A stretch of DNA of 64,000 nucleotides from Fibrobacteria bacterium. Lineage in GTDB: Bacteria > Fibrobacterota > Chitinivibrionia > Chitinivibrionales > FEN-1185. Every line of letters starts with the position of its first letter. The first letter of the stretch is position 1. Location of the stretch: positions 40,127 to 104,126 of the forward strand of contig JBBIGR010000012.1 in the NCBI GenBank assembly GCA_037447435.1, read 5' to 3'. Shown here piece after piece: positions 49,105 through 59,741 of the stretch. The notes beneath the pieces are model-generated. The model was not told the DNA's origin. It worked only from the letters and a program-made list of their open reading frames with translations, and did no database searches. The position numbers and the translations under genes were made by a program.

Positions 49105-49878
49105 CTACTTGCGGCGTTTCGCTTTTGAAAAGCCGGACACGACCGAAGCGATTTCCTTCATGATCGCGACGCCGTTTTGGCTTTGCAAAAGGTTCCCGGT
49201 CACGATGATGTCTGCGCCGCTCTCGAGTTTTTTTTGCGCCGTTTGCGCGTCGCGGATCCCGCCGCCCACAATGACGGGGATTTGCACCTGCGCCTTGACA
49301 ATAGATATCATTTCGTCCGGCACCGTCGTTTTTGCGCCGCTTCCCGCTTCCAAATACACCATCTTCATGCCCATATATTGCGCGGCAAGCGCGTGGGCCG
49401 CGGCGATTTTCGGCTTATGCGCCGGAAGCGGCCGCGTATTACTCATGAATTCGACCGACGTCACGGTGCCCGATTCGACAAGCATGTATGCCGTCGCGAT
49501 CGGCTCTATGCCCATATTTTTAATGACCGGAGCGGCCTTGACGTGTTCGCTGATAAGGTTGACCGGGTTACGCCCGGAAATGAGGGACAAAAACAGCACC
49601 GCGTCGGCATGCCGCGACAACTGCGTCGCATCGCCCGGAAACAGGATCACCGGCACGGTCACTGCTTTCTTTACCGATGCTACGAAGGCGTCGAACTCGT
49701 GCGTATTGATAAGGCTTCCGCCGATCAGCAGAGCATCGACTCCCGCATCCTGAGCCTGTTTGGCGATTTTCGCGCCTTGCTTGGGCGTAAAATCGTCCGG
49801 ATCCAACAGTACCCAATACGATGCGATTTTCGCCTTTGCCTTTGCCGTTATTTCATCGAATACGCTTTTGGATTTCAT
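49105..49878 (-). CDS. Geranylgeranylglyceryl/heptaprenylglyceryl phosphate synthase (group II-like)
   Basis: LLDPD, IGGS, ILFPG, SLISGRN, YLEAGSGA, VGGGIR and GAD.IVTG motifs. Confidence 0.92.
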   Translation of the reverse strand: MKSKSVFDEITAKAKAKIASYWVLLDPDDFTPKQGAKIAKQAQDAGVDALLIGGSLINTHEFDAFVASVKKAVTVPVILFPGDATQLSRHADAVLFLSLISGRNPVNLISEHVKAAPVIKNMGIEPIATAYMLVESGTVTSVEFMSNTRPLPAHKPKIAAAHALAAQYMGMKMVYLEAGSGAKTTVPDEMISIVKAQVQIPVIVGGGIRDAQTAQKKLESGADIIVTGNLLQSQNGVAIMKEIASVVSGFSKAKRRK

Positions 49879-49884
49879 GCTTTT

Positions 49885-52563
49885 TTATGCTGCCTTCTGC
49901 TTCAACACTTCGGTGACGGCATCGAGCGCTTCGGAAAGTTTTTGAGGATTTTTCCCGCCGGCTTGTGCCCGGGTCGGGCTTCCGCCGCCGCTGCCGTCTG
50001 TCCGTTGCGCCGCAAGCTTGACCAGTTCGCCGCAATGCACGCTGGCTTCCTTGACCGCCTTTTGTCCCGCAGTGGCAAAAAACATAGCCCTGCCGTCCGA
50101 AACACCGCCTAATACAACGGCAGTATCCAATAGGCTTCTGCTTTTTACGGCATCGGAAACCGCGTTGCAAAGCGCGGCAAACATGTCTTTTTCGCAAACT
50201 CCGCAATCGTGTACCGCATAGGCGATTTTTGCTTTTTGCGACAAGGCCTTTGCCAGTATTCCGTCCGAAAGGCCTTTGACCTGCGCAAGAGAAGCTTTGG
50301 CGATTTTCTGCTCGAGCTCCTTGACATGCGACATCATTCCGTCTACGCGCCCCACCAGCGCGTCTTCCGCGATTTTAAGGCGTTCGCACAGCTCCGCAAT
50401 GACCGTTTCCTTACTTTCGAGATATTCCAGGGAATTCATTCCGGTAATCGCTTCGATGCGCCGGATGCCCGACGCGATGCTTGTTTCCATGGTTATATGA
50501 AACAGGCCGATCGTTCCGGTCGCGCTCACGTGCGTGCCGCCGCACAGTTCTTTGCTGACTTTGCCCATAGATACGACGCGGACGTTGTCCCCGTATTTTT
50601 CGCCGAAAAGAGCCATTGCGCCTTCTTTTTTCGCTTCATCGGTCGCCTTGACAACGGTGGTGACCGGCAAATCGGCGAGTATCCATTCGTTGACCATGCG
50701 TTCCACGGCCTTGATTTCGTCCGGCGTCAGGGCTTTGTGATGTGTAAAGTCGAAACGCAGCGACTGCGGCCCGACCCGCGAACCCGACTGCTGCACATGC
50801 GTTCCCAAAACCGTCCGCAAAGCCGCCTGGAGCAAATGCGTCGCGCTATGGTTTCTGCGCGTATGGTCGCGAAGCGACGGCGTAATGGTTGCGGTCAGCG
50901 GTTTGGAAAATTCCGACGCATCGACGGCGATGTCCGTTTTGACAACGTGCACGGTCATGTCGTTCCATTTGATGGTGTCAGCAACCGTAAGCGTATGGCC
51001 GACATGGGTGGTCAAGGTACCGCCGTCACCGACCTGACCGCCGCTTTCGGCATAGAACGGAGTGGTTTCAAGAATTATGAGGCATTCCTGTATCGCACCG
51101 GCTATGGACGCCGTTATCTTGTACCGGGCAACGTTACACGCAACGCTGTCTTTATCATAGCCAACGAATTGCGTTCCTTGCGTTTGGCGAAGCACGACCC
51201 AGCCTTCGGCCGAAAGTCCGCTTTCGTCGCCTTTTTTGGCCGCATCGCGCGCACGCTCGCGCTGTTTCGCCATTTCTTTATTGAAGCCGGCTTCGTCGAC
51301 CGTCTGGCCTTTCTCTTCCGCCAATAACCGGGTCAAATCCATGGGAAAACCGTACGTGTCGTACAGCGTGAAAACATCGGCGCCCGAAACGATTTTCTGG
51401 CCCGATTTTTCCATGGCCGCAATAATGCCCGAAAACTTGTCAAGCCCTTGTTCAAGGGTCGCGTTAAACCGCTGTTCTTCGGCAGAAATCACGTCGCCCA
51501 CATATTTCACCCGCTGCTTGATTTCAGGAAAAGCGTCTCCCATCATCGCCACCACCGTGGGCACCAGCGATGCCAAAAACGGTTCTTTAAACCCGAGTTC
51601 CCTGCCGAATTTGCTCGCGCGTCGAAGCAGCCGGCGAAGCACATAGCCGCGACCGTCGTTCGACGGTACTGCGCCGTCGGTAATCGCAAATACCAATGCG
51701 CGGATATGATCGGCAATGACCCGAAACGGGGTTCCATTGGCGTCGGTACTATACGGTTTGCCGCTCATTTCCGTGAGTTTTTGAATAATGGGGCTAAAAA
51801 GATCGGTACTGTAATTCGAAGTCGTATTTTGGAGAATAGAGACGAGCCGTTCCAATCCCATACCGGTATCGACATGCTTTGCCGGAAGATCGACCAGTTT
51901 GCCGTCTTTTTCGCGGTTATACTGCATGAAAACCAGGTTCCAGATTTCGCGGAAACGGTCGTTCTGGCCATTGACGCCCTTAACGGGGTCATTAAAAAGG
52001 AGCTTTTGGTTCGCAATGTCGCCGATGTCGTAATGGATTTCGGAGCACGGACCGCAAGGACCGGTGTCGCCCATTTCCCAGAAATTGGATTTCGCGCCGA
52101 AGCGCATGATGCGCCAATGTTCTATGTCGGTTTCGGTTTTCCACAACGATTCCGCTTCGTCATCCGATTCGTAAATCGTGACGAACAGCCGGTCTTTGGG
52201 AAGTTTCCAGACAACGGTAAGGATTTCCCAGGCCCAAACAATCGCTTCTTTTTTGTAATAGTCGCCAAAAGACCAGTTGCCGAGCATTTCGAAAAACGTG
52301 TGATGGTAATGGTCGCGCCCCACTTCCTCGAGGTCGTTGTGCTTTCCGGACACGCGCATGCATTTCTGCGAATTCGCCGCGCGCGTAAGGCCTTCACGGT
52401 TTTCGCCGAGGAAAATCGCCTTGAACTGGTTCATGCCCGCATTAGTAAAAAGCAATGTCGGGTCGTCCTGCGGGACAACCGGGCTGCTGGGGACAAAACG
52501 GTGCTGTTTACTTTTAAAGAATTCTACGAACTGGCTGCGTATTTCGTTTCCCGTTAAACTCAT
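49885..52563 (-). CDS. alaS: Alanine--tRNA ligase
   Basis: [36 protein letters not shown] and ELCGGTH motifs. Confidence 0.98.
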   Translation of the reverse strand: MSLTGNEIRSQFVEFFKSKQHRFVPSSPVVPQDDPTLLFTNAGMNQFKAIFLGENREGLTRAANSQKCMRVSGKHNDLEEVGRDHYHHTFFEMLGNWSFGDYYKKEAIVWAWEILTVVWKLPKDRLFVTIYESDDEAESLWKTETDIEHWRIMRFGAKSNFWEMGDTGPCGPCSEIHYDIGDIANQKLLFNDPVKGVNGQNDRFREIWNLVFMQYNREKDGKLVDLPAKHVDTGMGLERLVSILQNTTSNYSTDLFSPIIQKLTEMSGKPYSTDANGTPFRVIADHIRALVFAITDGAVPSNDGRGYVLRRLLRRASKFGRELGFKEPFLASLVPTVVAMMGDAFPEIKQRVKYVGDVISAEEQRFNATLEQGLDKFSGIIAAMEKSGQKIVSGADVFTLYDTYGFPMDLTRLLAEEKGQTVDEAGFNKEMAKQRERARDAAKKGDESGLSAEGWVVLRQTQGTQFVGYDKDSVACNVARYKITASIAGAIQECLIILETTPFYAESGGQVGDGGTLTTHVGHTLTVADTIKWNDMTVHVVKTDIAVDASEFSKPLTATITPSLRDHTRRNHSATHLLQAALRTVLGTHVQQSGSRVGPQSLRFDFTHHKALTPDEIKAVERMVNEWILADLPVTTVVKATDEAKKEGAMALFGEKYGDNVRVVSMGKVSKELCGGTHVSATGTIGLFHITMETSIASGIRRIEAITGMNSLEYLESKETVIAELCERLKIAEDALVGRVDGMMSHVKELEQKIAKASLAQVKGLSDGILAKALSQKAKIAYAVHDCGVCEKDMFAALCNAVSDAVKSRSLLDTAVVLGGVSDGRAMFFATAGQKAVKEASVHCGELVKLAAQRTDGSGGGSPTRAQAGGKNPQKLSEALDAVTEVLKQKAA

Positions 52564-53630
52564 GCGACGTCTTCCTTCTCTTTTGCAACGTCATCGTCGG
52601 AACTTTTCTTTGCGCCCGGCTTGAGCTTTTCCTTGATAAGCGATTCGATGGTTGCCATGGTTTCCTTGTTTGTTTCCAAATATTCTTTTGCCTTTTCCCG
52701 ACCCTGACCGATACGCTCTCCCCTAAACGAGAGCCATGTCCCGCTTTTTTCGATGATATTATGGGTAACGGCAAGGTCGATGATGTCGCCGGAAGCGGAA
52801 ATTCCTTTGCCGTACATGATATCGAATTCGGCTTCTTTAAACGGCGGCGCGACTTTGTTTTTGACAACTTTGGCCCGTGTCCGGGAGCCAATGACGTTGT
52901 CGCCGTCTTTGATTGCCGCGGTACGCCGCACGTCGATACGGACCGAGGAATAAAATTTGAGCGCGTTTCCGCCTGTGGTTGTTTCGGGGTTGCCGAACAT
53001 GACGCCGATTTTCATACGGAGCTGATTGATAAATATGAGACATGTTTTTGATTTCGACAATATGCCGGTCAATTTGCGCAACGCCTGAGACATGAGACGG
53101 GCCTGCAATCCCATATGGGAATCGCCCATTTCACCCTCGATTTCAGCCGCAGGCACCAAGGCCGCGACACTGTCGATGACGATGATATCGACTGCGCCGC
53201 TACGGACAAGCGTATCGCAGATTTCAAGCGCCTGTTCGCCGGTATCGGGTTGCGAAACGAGCAGATTATCGATGTCGACGCCGAGGTTTTTCGCATACAA
53301 CGCGTCAAACGCGTATTCCGCATCAATAAGCACCGCAATGCCGCCGAGTTTCTGGGCATTTGCAATCGCATGCAGCGCAAGCGTTGTTTTTCCCGATGAT
53401 TCGGGCCCGTAAATTTCAACGATACGGCCTTTGGGCAATCCGCCCACACCCAAAGCGACATCCAAAGAAACACAGCCGGTCGGGATAACCGGAATATCGG
53501 TTTCCAAAGAAGCGGTTCCGAGCTTCATTATAGAACCTTTTCCGTGCTGCTTTTCGATTTGACCGACGGCATTTTCAACAGCCGCAAGTTTGTTTTTGAT
53601 TTCAGTGTCTATTTCAGGTCTTTTAGCCAT
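52560..53630 (-). CDS. recA: Recombinase A
   Basis: [28 protein letters not shown] and GGNALKF motifs. Confidence 0.99.
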   Translation of the reverse strand: MAKRPEIDTEIKNKLAAVENAVGQIEKQHGKGSIMKLGTASLETDIPVIPTGCVSLDVALGVGGLPKGRIVEIYGPESSGKTTLALHAIANAQKLGGIAVLIDAEYAFDALYAKNLGVDIDNLLVSQPDTGEQALEICDTLVRSGAVDIIVIDSVAALVPAAEIEGEMGDSHMGLQARLMSQALRKLTGILSKSKTCLIFINQLRMKIGVMFGNPETTTGGNALKFYSSVRIDVRRTAAIKDGDNVIGSRTRAKVVKNKVAPPFKEAEFDIMYGKGISASGDIIDLAVTHNIIEKSGTWLSFRGERIGQGREKAKEYLETNKETMATIESLIKEKLKPGAKKSSDDDVAKEKEDVA

Positions 53631-53761
53631 GGCTTTTGCTCCTTGATATTCTATTTAAATGTGCCTGCTATTAATGAATAGCGGCTTTTACGATAAGTAT
53701 TCAAAAATACGAAACGGGAAGAGCTAAAGGGGAAAAAGAAATGCCGGCGCACGGGGAAAAT

Positions 53762-54322
53762 TTACGAAAGCCTTTTAGGCATTCTCTCCAAATATTCAAT
53801 CAAATCCGAATATTCCTGCCAATGCGGGGTAAACGCGGCATCATGAGTGAGAGCGATACGCCGAAGTTCCTGCTGCGAAATAAACCGGGCTTCGCCGACT
53901 TCCGACGGTTGCAGGACCAAGTCCGGGATTTTGACGTCTTTTTTAGCAACATAGACGTCGCTGAATTCGTTGTCGACAAATTCGCCGTTATGCTGCACCG
54001 ATCGATTCACCACCGTGTGTAACAGTTCGAGTTCCCGCGCACTTGCGCAAATGCCGATTTCCTCGGCAAGCTCCTTTATCGCCGCCTGCATGCTTGTTTC
54101 ACCCGCAGATATATGGCCCGCGGCGGAAACGTCCCATGCCCCGGGAAAAGACTCCTTGGCCAATGCCCGTTTCTGAAAAAGTATTTCCTGTTTAGGATTT
54201 ATGACCCACACGTGAACGGTCCGATGCCAGTCGCCGTTGCGATGGACCTGCGTGCGGGGTTTGCGAATGCCAAGCGGTTTGCCGTTATCGTCGAGCACAT
54301 CGAGCAGTTCGACATCGCTCAT
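53762..54322 (-). CDS. NUDIX hydrolase (type 1 IPP-isomerase-like family)
   Basis: H..G.WHR.VHVW, QKR...K..FPG.WD and AGH..AGE....A..EL.EE.G motifs. Confidence 0.85.
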   Translation of the reverse strand: MSDVELLDVLDDNGKPLGIRKPRTQVHRNGDWHRTVHVWVINPKQEILFQKRALAKESFPGAWDVSAAGHISAGETSMQAAIKELAEEIGICASARELELLHTVVNRSVQHNGEFVDNEFSDVYVAKKDVKIPDLVLQPSEVGEARFISQQELRRIALTHDAAFTPHWQEYSDLIEYLERMPKRLS

Positions 54323-55038
54323 TTCGGCATTGCTTCACAATAAATAATAAACGCCGGCGGCGTTCCCCCACCGGCAAACGGAAGGTTTATCGCGATTGCG
54401 GGATATGTTTTGTTGTTGATGACCACGGCATTGTCCTTTACTTCCGAAATGGCCGAAATTCCCCCGATGCCGATGATCGTCCCGCCCTGTTTCAAGAGTA
54501 TCTTGTATCCCGCAGGGACTGTAAAGCGCGCCATGAACGCGTCGTCGGCAACGACGCCCCCGTTTGCGAAAAGCACGGTATCGAGAATGGTGAATTTCGC
54601 CTGCGCCTGCAACGTCAACACTTGCTGGCCTTTGACATTATCTAAAATGAAAGCGGCCTTTTCGGCCAAAGACCGGTACTCGGGCGCGGGCCCGCCCACG
54701 CTTGCGGGAAATTGCCCGCACGAAAGCAAGGTGTCGCGATTGTTGATAATAGACAATAACGAAAAGCCCATGGGCTCCATGAATTTATTCGCCACTTCCG
54801 AAACTTCGGAAGCCGAACGTTCCTTCTCAACCAAAAGCTTCATGGAAAAATCCCTGTCGTTGGCAACCACCTTCGCAAACGCCGCGACCTGCGCCGCAAT
54901 GCCGCTTGTTACGTTTGCGAGCTGGACTTCCACCTGATGTTTGATGTTTTGCATATCGGCAATGTCGCCCGGTTTCATTGCTTTGGGGCCGCAGCCACTC
55001 GCCAGTGCAAAGGTTGCGACAAAGAGAATGTTCCGCAT
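54319..55038 (-). CDS. Putative lipoprotein
   Basis: Lipobox LASG-C. Start uncertain (55038 or 55065). Confidence 0.6.
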   Translation of the reverse strand: MRNILFVATFALASGCGPKAMKPGDIADMQNIKHQVEVQLANVTSGIAAQVAAFAKVVANDRDFSMKLLVEKERSASEVSEVANKFMEPMGFSLLSIINNRDTLLSCGQFPASVGGPAPEYRSLAEKAAFILDNVKGQQVLTLQAQAKFTILDTVLFANGGVVADDAFMARFTVPAGYKILLKQGGTIIGIGGISAISEVKDNAVVINNKTYPAIAINLPFAGGGTPPAFIIYCEAMPK

Positions 55039-55176
55039 ATATTTTGCAATACCGTTTGTTTTCATAGGGATTATTTGCTTTTGTGGAAATAGGGGAAATG
55101 TATTATCCGCCCGCATTCCCCCCTGTCTAGAACCCTTTCGGGCAAAGAAAGAGGGGAACTGCTTGTTGGGCTTCAA

Positions 55177-55752
55177 TTAAAACAGTTTTTTAATTCTGTT
55201 GAATACGTCGTCGATGGAACCGAGCCCTTCGATATCTTTTACGATACCGTTTGGCCGATAATACTTGAGGCACGGTTCGCTTTGATTCTTATACGTATCG
55301 ATGCGGTTTTGAATGACCTTTGGGTCTGCATCGTCGGCGCGGCCTTCGATGGTTGCGCGTTTCAAAAGACGGCTGCGAACTTCCTCGTCCGCAACTGCGA
55401 TATTAATGACATAGTCGAGTTTCATGCCGAGCTCTTTTAATATTTTGTCCAGCGATTGCGCCTGCGGCACACTTCTGGGAAAACCGTCGAGCAAAAACCC
55501 TTGTTTCATGTCGGCCTGCGAAAGCCGGTCTTTCACCATTGCAATGGTGACTTCATCAGGCACCAGCTGGCCTTTGTCCGAATAGCTTTTCGCTGTTTTG
55601 CCGAGTTCCGTATTGTTTTTGATGTTATAACGAAACATGTCGCCCGTGGAAACATGCGGTAACGAAAGAAGCTCGACCAATTTTTTTGCCTGTGTTCCCT
55701 TACCGGCTCCCGGTGGCCCAAACAATACGATATTTTTTCCTGAATTTGCCAT
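55177..55752 (-). CDS. adk: Adenylate kinase (short, LID-less type)
   Basis: GPPGAGKGTQ, STGDMFR, LDGFPR and GRADD motifs. Confidence 0.96.
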   Translation of the reverse strand: MANSGKNIVLFGPPGAGKGTQAKKLVELLSLPHVSTGDMFRYNIKNNTELGKTAKSYSDKGQLVPDEVTIAMVKDRLSQADMKQGFLLDGFPRSVPQAQSLDKILKELGMKLDYVINIAVADEEVRSRLLKRATIEGRADDADPKVIQNRIDTYKNQSEPCLKYYRPNGIVKDIEGLGSIDDVFNRIKKLF

Positions 55753-55987
55753 ACCTATATACCCCTTATTATAAAAAGATGTTTATCTACTATTAATATA
55801 AAACATCCCATACCATGGCTCAAATATTAAGATATGTATGGGTCCAATACCTATTTGAATCCTTATCCATCACTTCCGGTTATCGTCTGATTATCTAAAG
55901 GAGCATTACTTATTCCTTGCTGTTTTTATCCATCTTTCATATACTTCTTATTTATATTGTAGACTTCCAACAATTTAGGAGCAATAA

Positions 55988-57439
55988 ATGCAATTGAATC
56001 CCAATACAAAGATCAATGATCTGCTTAATTCGTATGATTTCCTTCTCGACTTTTTCATAGACTTGTCGCCCAAATACAAGCTGCTCAAAAACCCGATTGC
56101 GCGAAACACTGTGGGCAAACTTGCATCCCTTTCGCAAGTCGCTTCAATCGGCGGAATCAGGGTGGCCGATCTTATTCAAAAACTCGCCAATGAAATCAAA
56201 TCTAAAACCGGAAATACGGTCGACACGCAAACCGTGGACAAAAACCCCATGGACCCGATCACCGATCCTGCGGCAAAACACGAAATGCTCAAGTCCATTA
56301 TCCGTCATCTCCACGACGGCGGAGACGTAGATGAAGCCAAACGTCAATTTGCCGAACTCATCAAAGATGTTGACGCTTCGGAAATAGCCGCAATGGAACA
56401 ACGCCTGATATCCGAGGGCATGCCGCAGGAAGAAGTCAAACGGCTCTGCGACGTGCATGTGCGGGTGTTCAAGGAATCCTTAGAAGTAAAAGACGCGCCA
56501 GATGTTTCCAACGGCCACCCGGTGCATACCTTCATGGTCGAAAACAGGGCCCTGGAAAAAATCCTCTTAAGAATCGCGGACGTCGTACGGTCAATCGGCA
56601 CGCCGCCCTCGGCCCAAACATACATACAATACGATGCCAATATTACCAAGCTGCTCGAAAGCCTCGGAAAGGTCAATGTCCACTATCTCCGAAAAGCGAA
56701 CCAGCTTTTCCCGATTCTCGAAAAACATGAAATCACGGGCCCCTCGCAGGTCATGTGGTCGCTCGACGACGATATCAGAGGAATGGTCAAGAAATGCGTC
56801 GCGTCGCACAATGCTCACGATTTACAAAATCTTCTCAAGGCCCTTGATGAAACGTCCAAAGCACTCGCCGATATGATATATAAAGAAGAACATATCCTGT
56901 TTCCCATGGCCATGGAAACCCTTTCCTCTGCCGAGTGGGACCGGGTAAAAAACGGGGAATCGGAAATCGGTTTCGCCTGGATATTGCCGAATTCGGATCA
57001 ACAAGCCGATACGCTTACCGCAACAACCGTGCAACACGAAACCGAAATACCGCTCAGTACCGGCGGTTTAAGCCGCGAACAAATCGATCTCATGCTCACG
57101 CATTTGCCGCTCGATATATCGTTTGTCGACGAACACGACGAAGTCCGTTATTATTCCGCATCAAAAGACAGGATTTTTCCGCGCAGTGCCGGCGTTATCG
57201 GACGTAAAGTCCAAAACTGTCATCCGCCCAAAAGCATGCCCCGTGTCCGTGAAATCCTGAACGACTTTAAGGAGGGAAATCGCGACACGGCGGAATTCTG
57301 GATCACGATGAACGGCAAATTCATCCATATCCGGTATTTCGCGATGCGCGACAAAGAAGCAAACTACTGCGGCTGCCTCGAAGTGACTCAGGACGTCACC
57401 GCCATCCGGAGCTTGTCGGGCGAAAAACGCCTGCTCTGA
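55988..57439 (+). CDS. DUF438/DUF1858 hemerythrin-like + PAS domain protein
   Basis: EI..MEQ.L..EG, LCDVH, GHPV.T...EN, MIYKEE.ILFP and GR.VQNCHPPKS motifs. Confidence 0.88.
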   Translation: MQLNPNTKINDLLNSYDFLLDFFIDLSPKYKLLKNPIARNTVGKLASLSQVASIGGIRVADLIQKLANEIKSKTGNTVDTQTVDKNPMDPITDPAAKHEMLKSIIRHLHDGGDVDEAKRQFAELIKDVDASEIAAMEQRLISEGMPQEEVKRLCDVHVRVFKESLEVKDAPDVSNGHPVHTFMVENRALEKILLRIADVVRSIGTPPSAQTYIQYDANITKLLESLGKVNVHYLRKANQLFPILEKHEITGPSQVMWSLDDDIRGMVKKCVASHNAHDLQNLLKALDETSKALADMIYKEEHILFPMAMETLSSAEWDRVKNGESEIGFAWILPNSDQQADTLTATTVQHETEIPLSTGGLSREQIDLMLTHLPLDISFVDEHDEVRYYSASKDRIFPRSAGVIGRKVQNCHPPKSMPRVREILNDFKEGNRDTAEFWITMNGKFIHIRYFAMRDKEANYCGCLEVTQDVTAIRSLSGEKRLL

Positions 57440-57447
57440 TCAAACCT

Positions 57448-58893
57448 TTACTTTGCGGATAGCCCGGCCTTTAATTCCACGGCAATCAATTGCCCTTGCC
57501 GCGCATAATCTATTGCTTCGCCTAAAACGCGCGCAGCTTCCTGCGGCGCATGAAAGCCCATGGAATTTTCAGCCGCAATGCAGTCCAGGCGCCATTGCGC
57601 CTTGCGCTGCAGTTCAAACGCGGGCTTGAGCTTGTCATCCGATATTCCCGCATTCTTCGCGGCAACGATCGCGTCGATCATATCGACAAGCGCCGCTCCC
57701 CCGCGTTCGAGCAACTGATGGTTGCGCTCCTGAATGGCATCGACGCGCGCGGCGATTTCCTGTTCCGGGAACCGGTGGCACGATTGACAAGCCCTGTTGA
57801 TATTCAACAACGGGCTTCTCACCCAATGGTCCGATATTTTAGAGGCGCCTTCACGCATATACGGCATATGACAATCCGCGCATGCCACGCCGCTGCGGGC
57901 ATGAATTCCCTGGTTCCATAATTCGAATTCGGGATGTTGCGCTTTTAGAACTTCGGCGCCGGTTTCCTTATGCTTAAAATCGAAAAAGCGCGCGGTGTCG
58001 TGGATTTTCGTCGAATTCCAAAACGATTCCATGCTATCCACGGTAAGGCCTTTTGCCCACGGAAACGTGAGCGGCATTGCATTGGAGCAATAATATTCCG
58101 CATGACATTGGCCGCAAACATTGGAACGCATTTCCTGATGAGAACCGTCGACGTTCGGATCGTACGGACTCGTGCGCGGGCCTTTACGCCACTGCACGAT
58201 AGACGGCAACGACGCGGGGACCGGCGCGTCCGACGATGCCAAATCGCGTAATGCCTTGAGAAACGCGGGCCGCGTCACGCGCAAAGAAAGCGTTTTCGGA
58301 TCGTGGCAATCGATGCATGCCACAGCGTGTCCGTGTCCCATATCGTGCAGTTTTTTGTTAAGGTCCTGATAGGAATATTTATACGCCTCGTTCATTCCTG
58401 CTTCGGCGTTGCCGTGTCCGAGTTCCCGGTACAACGGCATAATAGACGAATGGCAATTAAGGCATGAACCGGTTTGCGGTTTGGTAAGGCGTTTGGTGTT
58501 TTCCTGGTCAATAAGCATGTAGGCGTGGCCGCGTCTGTCGCGGTAATCGATGGAAAATGCGTATCCGGCAAACGCACGCTTGAGCCAGGTGTCGCGTTCG
58601 ATTTTTTCCGCAGGCAACGCTTCGCTGCCGCCGTGGCCGCCGAATCGGGTCGAAGTCTTTTGCGCGGTCTGACGATAGGCATCGTATTGACGCGGAAAAT
58701 TTATCCCCCATTTCGCAGGATCGGTGTCCGTTTCGGTCAGCTCGACCAGTTTGACATATTGCGAACGCGCCTCGGTCTTGCGGTCGTTGATATTAAGGAA
58801 AAAAGCGATGAGGCCCGCGGTTACGGCTGCCGACAGTACAATTGTCGCGCCAAGAAACAATAAACGGCTTTTTGGGGTTTTTGTCGAATTCAT
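57448..58893 (-). CDS. nrfA: Ammonia-forming cytochrome c nitrite reductase (pentaheme, CXXCH at heme 1)
   Basis: Five CXXCH motifs; F..DY...[14 protein letters not shown]...SP and [10 protein letters not shown]. Confidence 0.93.
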   Translation of the reverse strand: MNSTKTPKSRLLFLGATIVLSAAVTAGLIAFFLNINDRKTEARSQYVKLVELTETDTDPAKWGINFPRQYDAYRQTAQKTSTRFGGHGGSEALPAEKIERDTWLKRAFAGYAFSIDYRDRRGHAYMLIDQENTKRLTKPQTGSCLNCHSSIMPLYRELGHGNAEAGMNEAYKYSYQDLNKKLHDMGHGHAVACIDCHDPKTLSLRVTRPAFLKALRDLASSDAPVPASLPSIVQWRKGPRTSPYDPNVDGSHQEMRSNVCGQCHAEYYCSNAMPLTFPWAKGLTVDSMESFWNSTKIHDTARFFDFKHKETGAEVLKAQHPEFELWNQGIHARSGVACADCHMPYMREGASKISDHWVRSPLLNINRACQSCHRFPEQEIAARVDAIQERNHQLLERGGAALVDMIDAIVAAKNAGISDDKLKPAFELQRKAQWRLDCIAAENSMGFHAPQEAARVLGEAIDYARQGQLIAVELKAGLSAK

Positions 58894-59405
58894 CGGGATT
58901 CCTTCTGTAAATGTTGCGGGCCGCCGATGCCGAACACATCGCCATGGCCGGCGGTTTTGTGGCACAAAACGCATTGGACAATATCCGGGCCAAAACCGGC
59001 GCCCAGATCATGGACCATGGCACCGTGGCAACGAACGCAGTTATCTTGGAGAATTTTGCTGTTTCCGGGTTTTATCATTATGGGTTCATGAAAATCCTGC
59101 AAAGTAAATGCCTTTGAATGGTGATACCCGTTCATGCCTTTGGCGAAATACTTACCTATAATATCGTGGGGCAAATGGCATTCGACGCAGGTAGCAGCGG
59201 CATGATGGCTGGACTTTCGCCACGAATCGTATTGCGGTTGCATGATATGGCAATTGGCGCATACCTCGGGTTTGGAACTCGAATACGAAAACCCTTCGGC
59301 ATAAAAGAAAGTAAAGGTCCCGATGCCCAAAGGAATTCCAATAGCCAAGGCAATCGCATAAGCCAATTTATCGTGAAATATGAATGTAAGAATTTTGTTA
59401 AACAC
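58890..59405 (-). CDS. nrfH: Cytochrome c nitrite reductase small subunit (tetraheme)
   Basis: TM anchor; CANCHIM, CVECH, CVRCH and CVLCH; GTG start. Confidence 0.92.
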   Translation of the reverse strand: MFNKILTFIFHDKLAYAIALAIGIPLGIGTFTFFYAEGFSYSSSKPEVCANCHIMQPQYDSWRKSSHHAAATCVECHLPHDIIGKYFAKGMNGYHHSKAFTLQDFHEPIMIKPGNSKILQDNCVRCHGAMVHDLGAGFGPDIVQCVLCHKTAGHGDVFGIGGPQHLQKESR

Positions 59406-59452
59406 GCAGTTTTTTCGGGCGACTATTAAGAAAAAATATTTCGATTAAGATA

Positions 59453-59472
59453 CCTTATAATGGATTATAAGG
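59453..59472. promoter_or_regulatory. Palindromic operator-like site upstream of nrfH
   Basis: CCTTATAAT-gg-ATTATAAGG, perfect 9-2-9. Confidence 0.45.
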
Positions 59473-59741
59473 CAATAGCTATCTCTATGTAATATTGCCT
59501 TTTTGTTAGCAAAATTCTAAATCGACCCAAAAAATGCAGCCGAACAAGAAACACTTATTTGATTAAGAATCAGTCGTTTATACCGCAAGGTATTTCTATT
59601 ACATTTCTATTACATTTGCATTTGCATTACATTTTTTCTCCAAAATTTTTAAAAAAGCATTGTATAATCAGATTTCGCCTTTAGGAATTTTATTCCAGAT
59701 GGGTAGTGCGCAATGGTTCTATCAAATAAAGGAGTCGGGAT

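Noticed and set aside
49109..50112. Plus-strand ORFs of 214 aa and 311 aa opposite the GGGPS/alaS end
   Set aside because: Antisense shadows without domain features.
50209..52557. Long plus-strand ORFs (372 aa and 369 aa) opposite alaS
   Set aside because: Antisense shadows of a highly conserved gene; no recognisable motifs.
53631..53761. LexA/SOS box upstream of recA
   Set aside because: No convincing palindrome seen.
59559..59573. TTGAT...ATCAG as an FNR box upstream of nrfH
   Set aside because: Spacing and the right half-site do not match TTGAT-N4-ATCAA.
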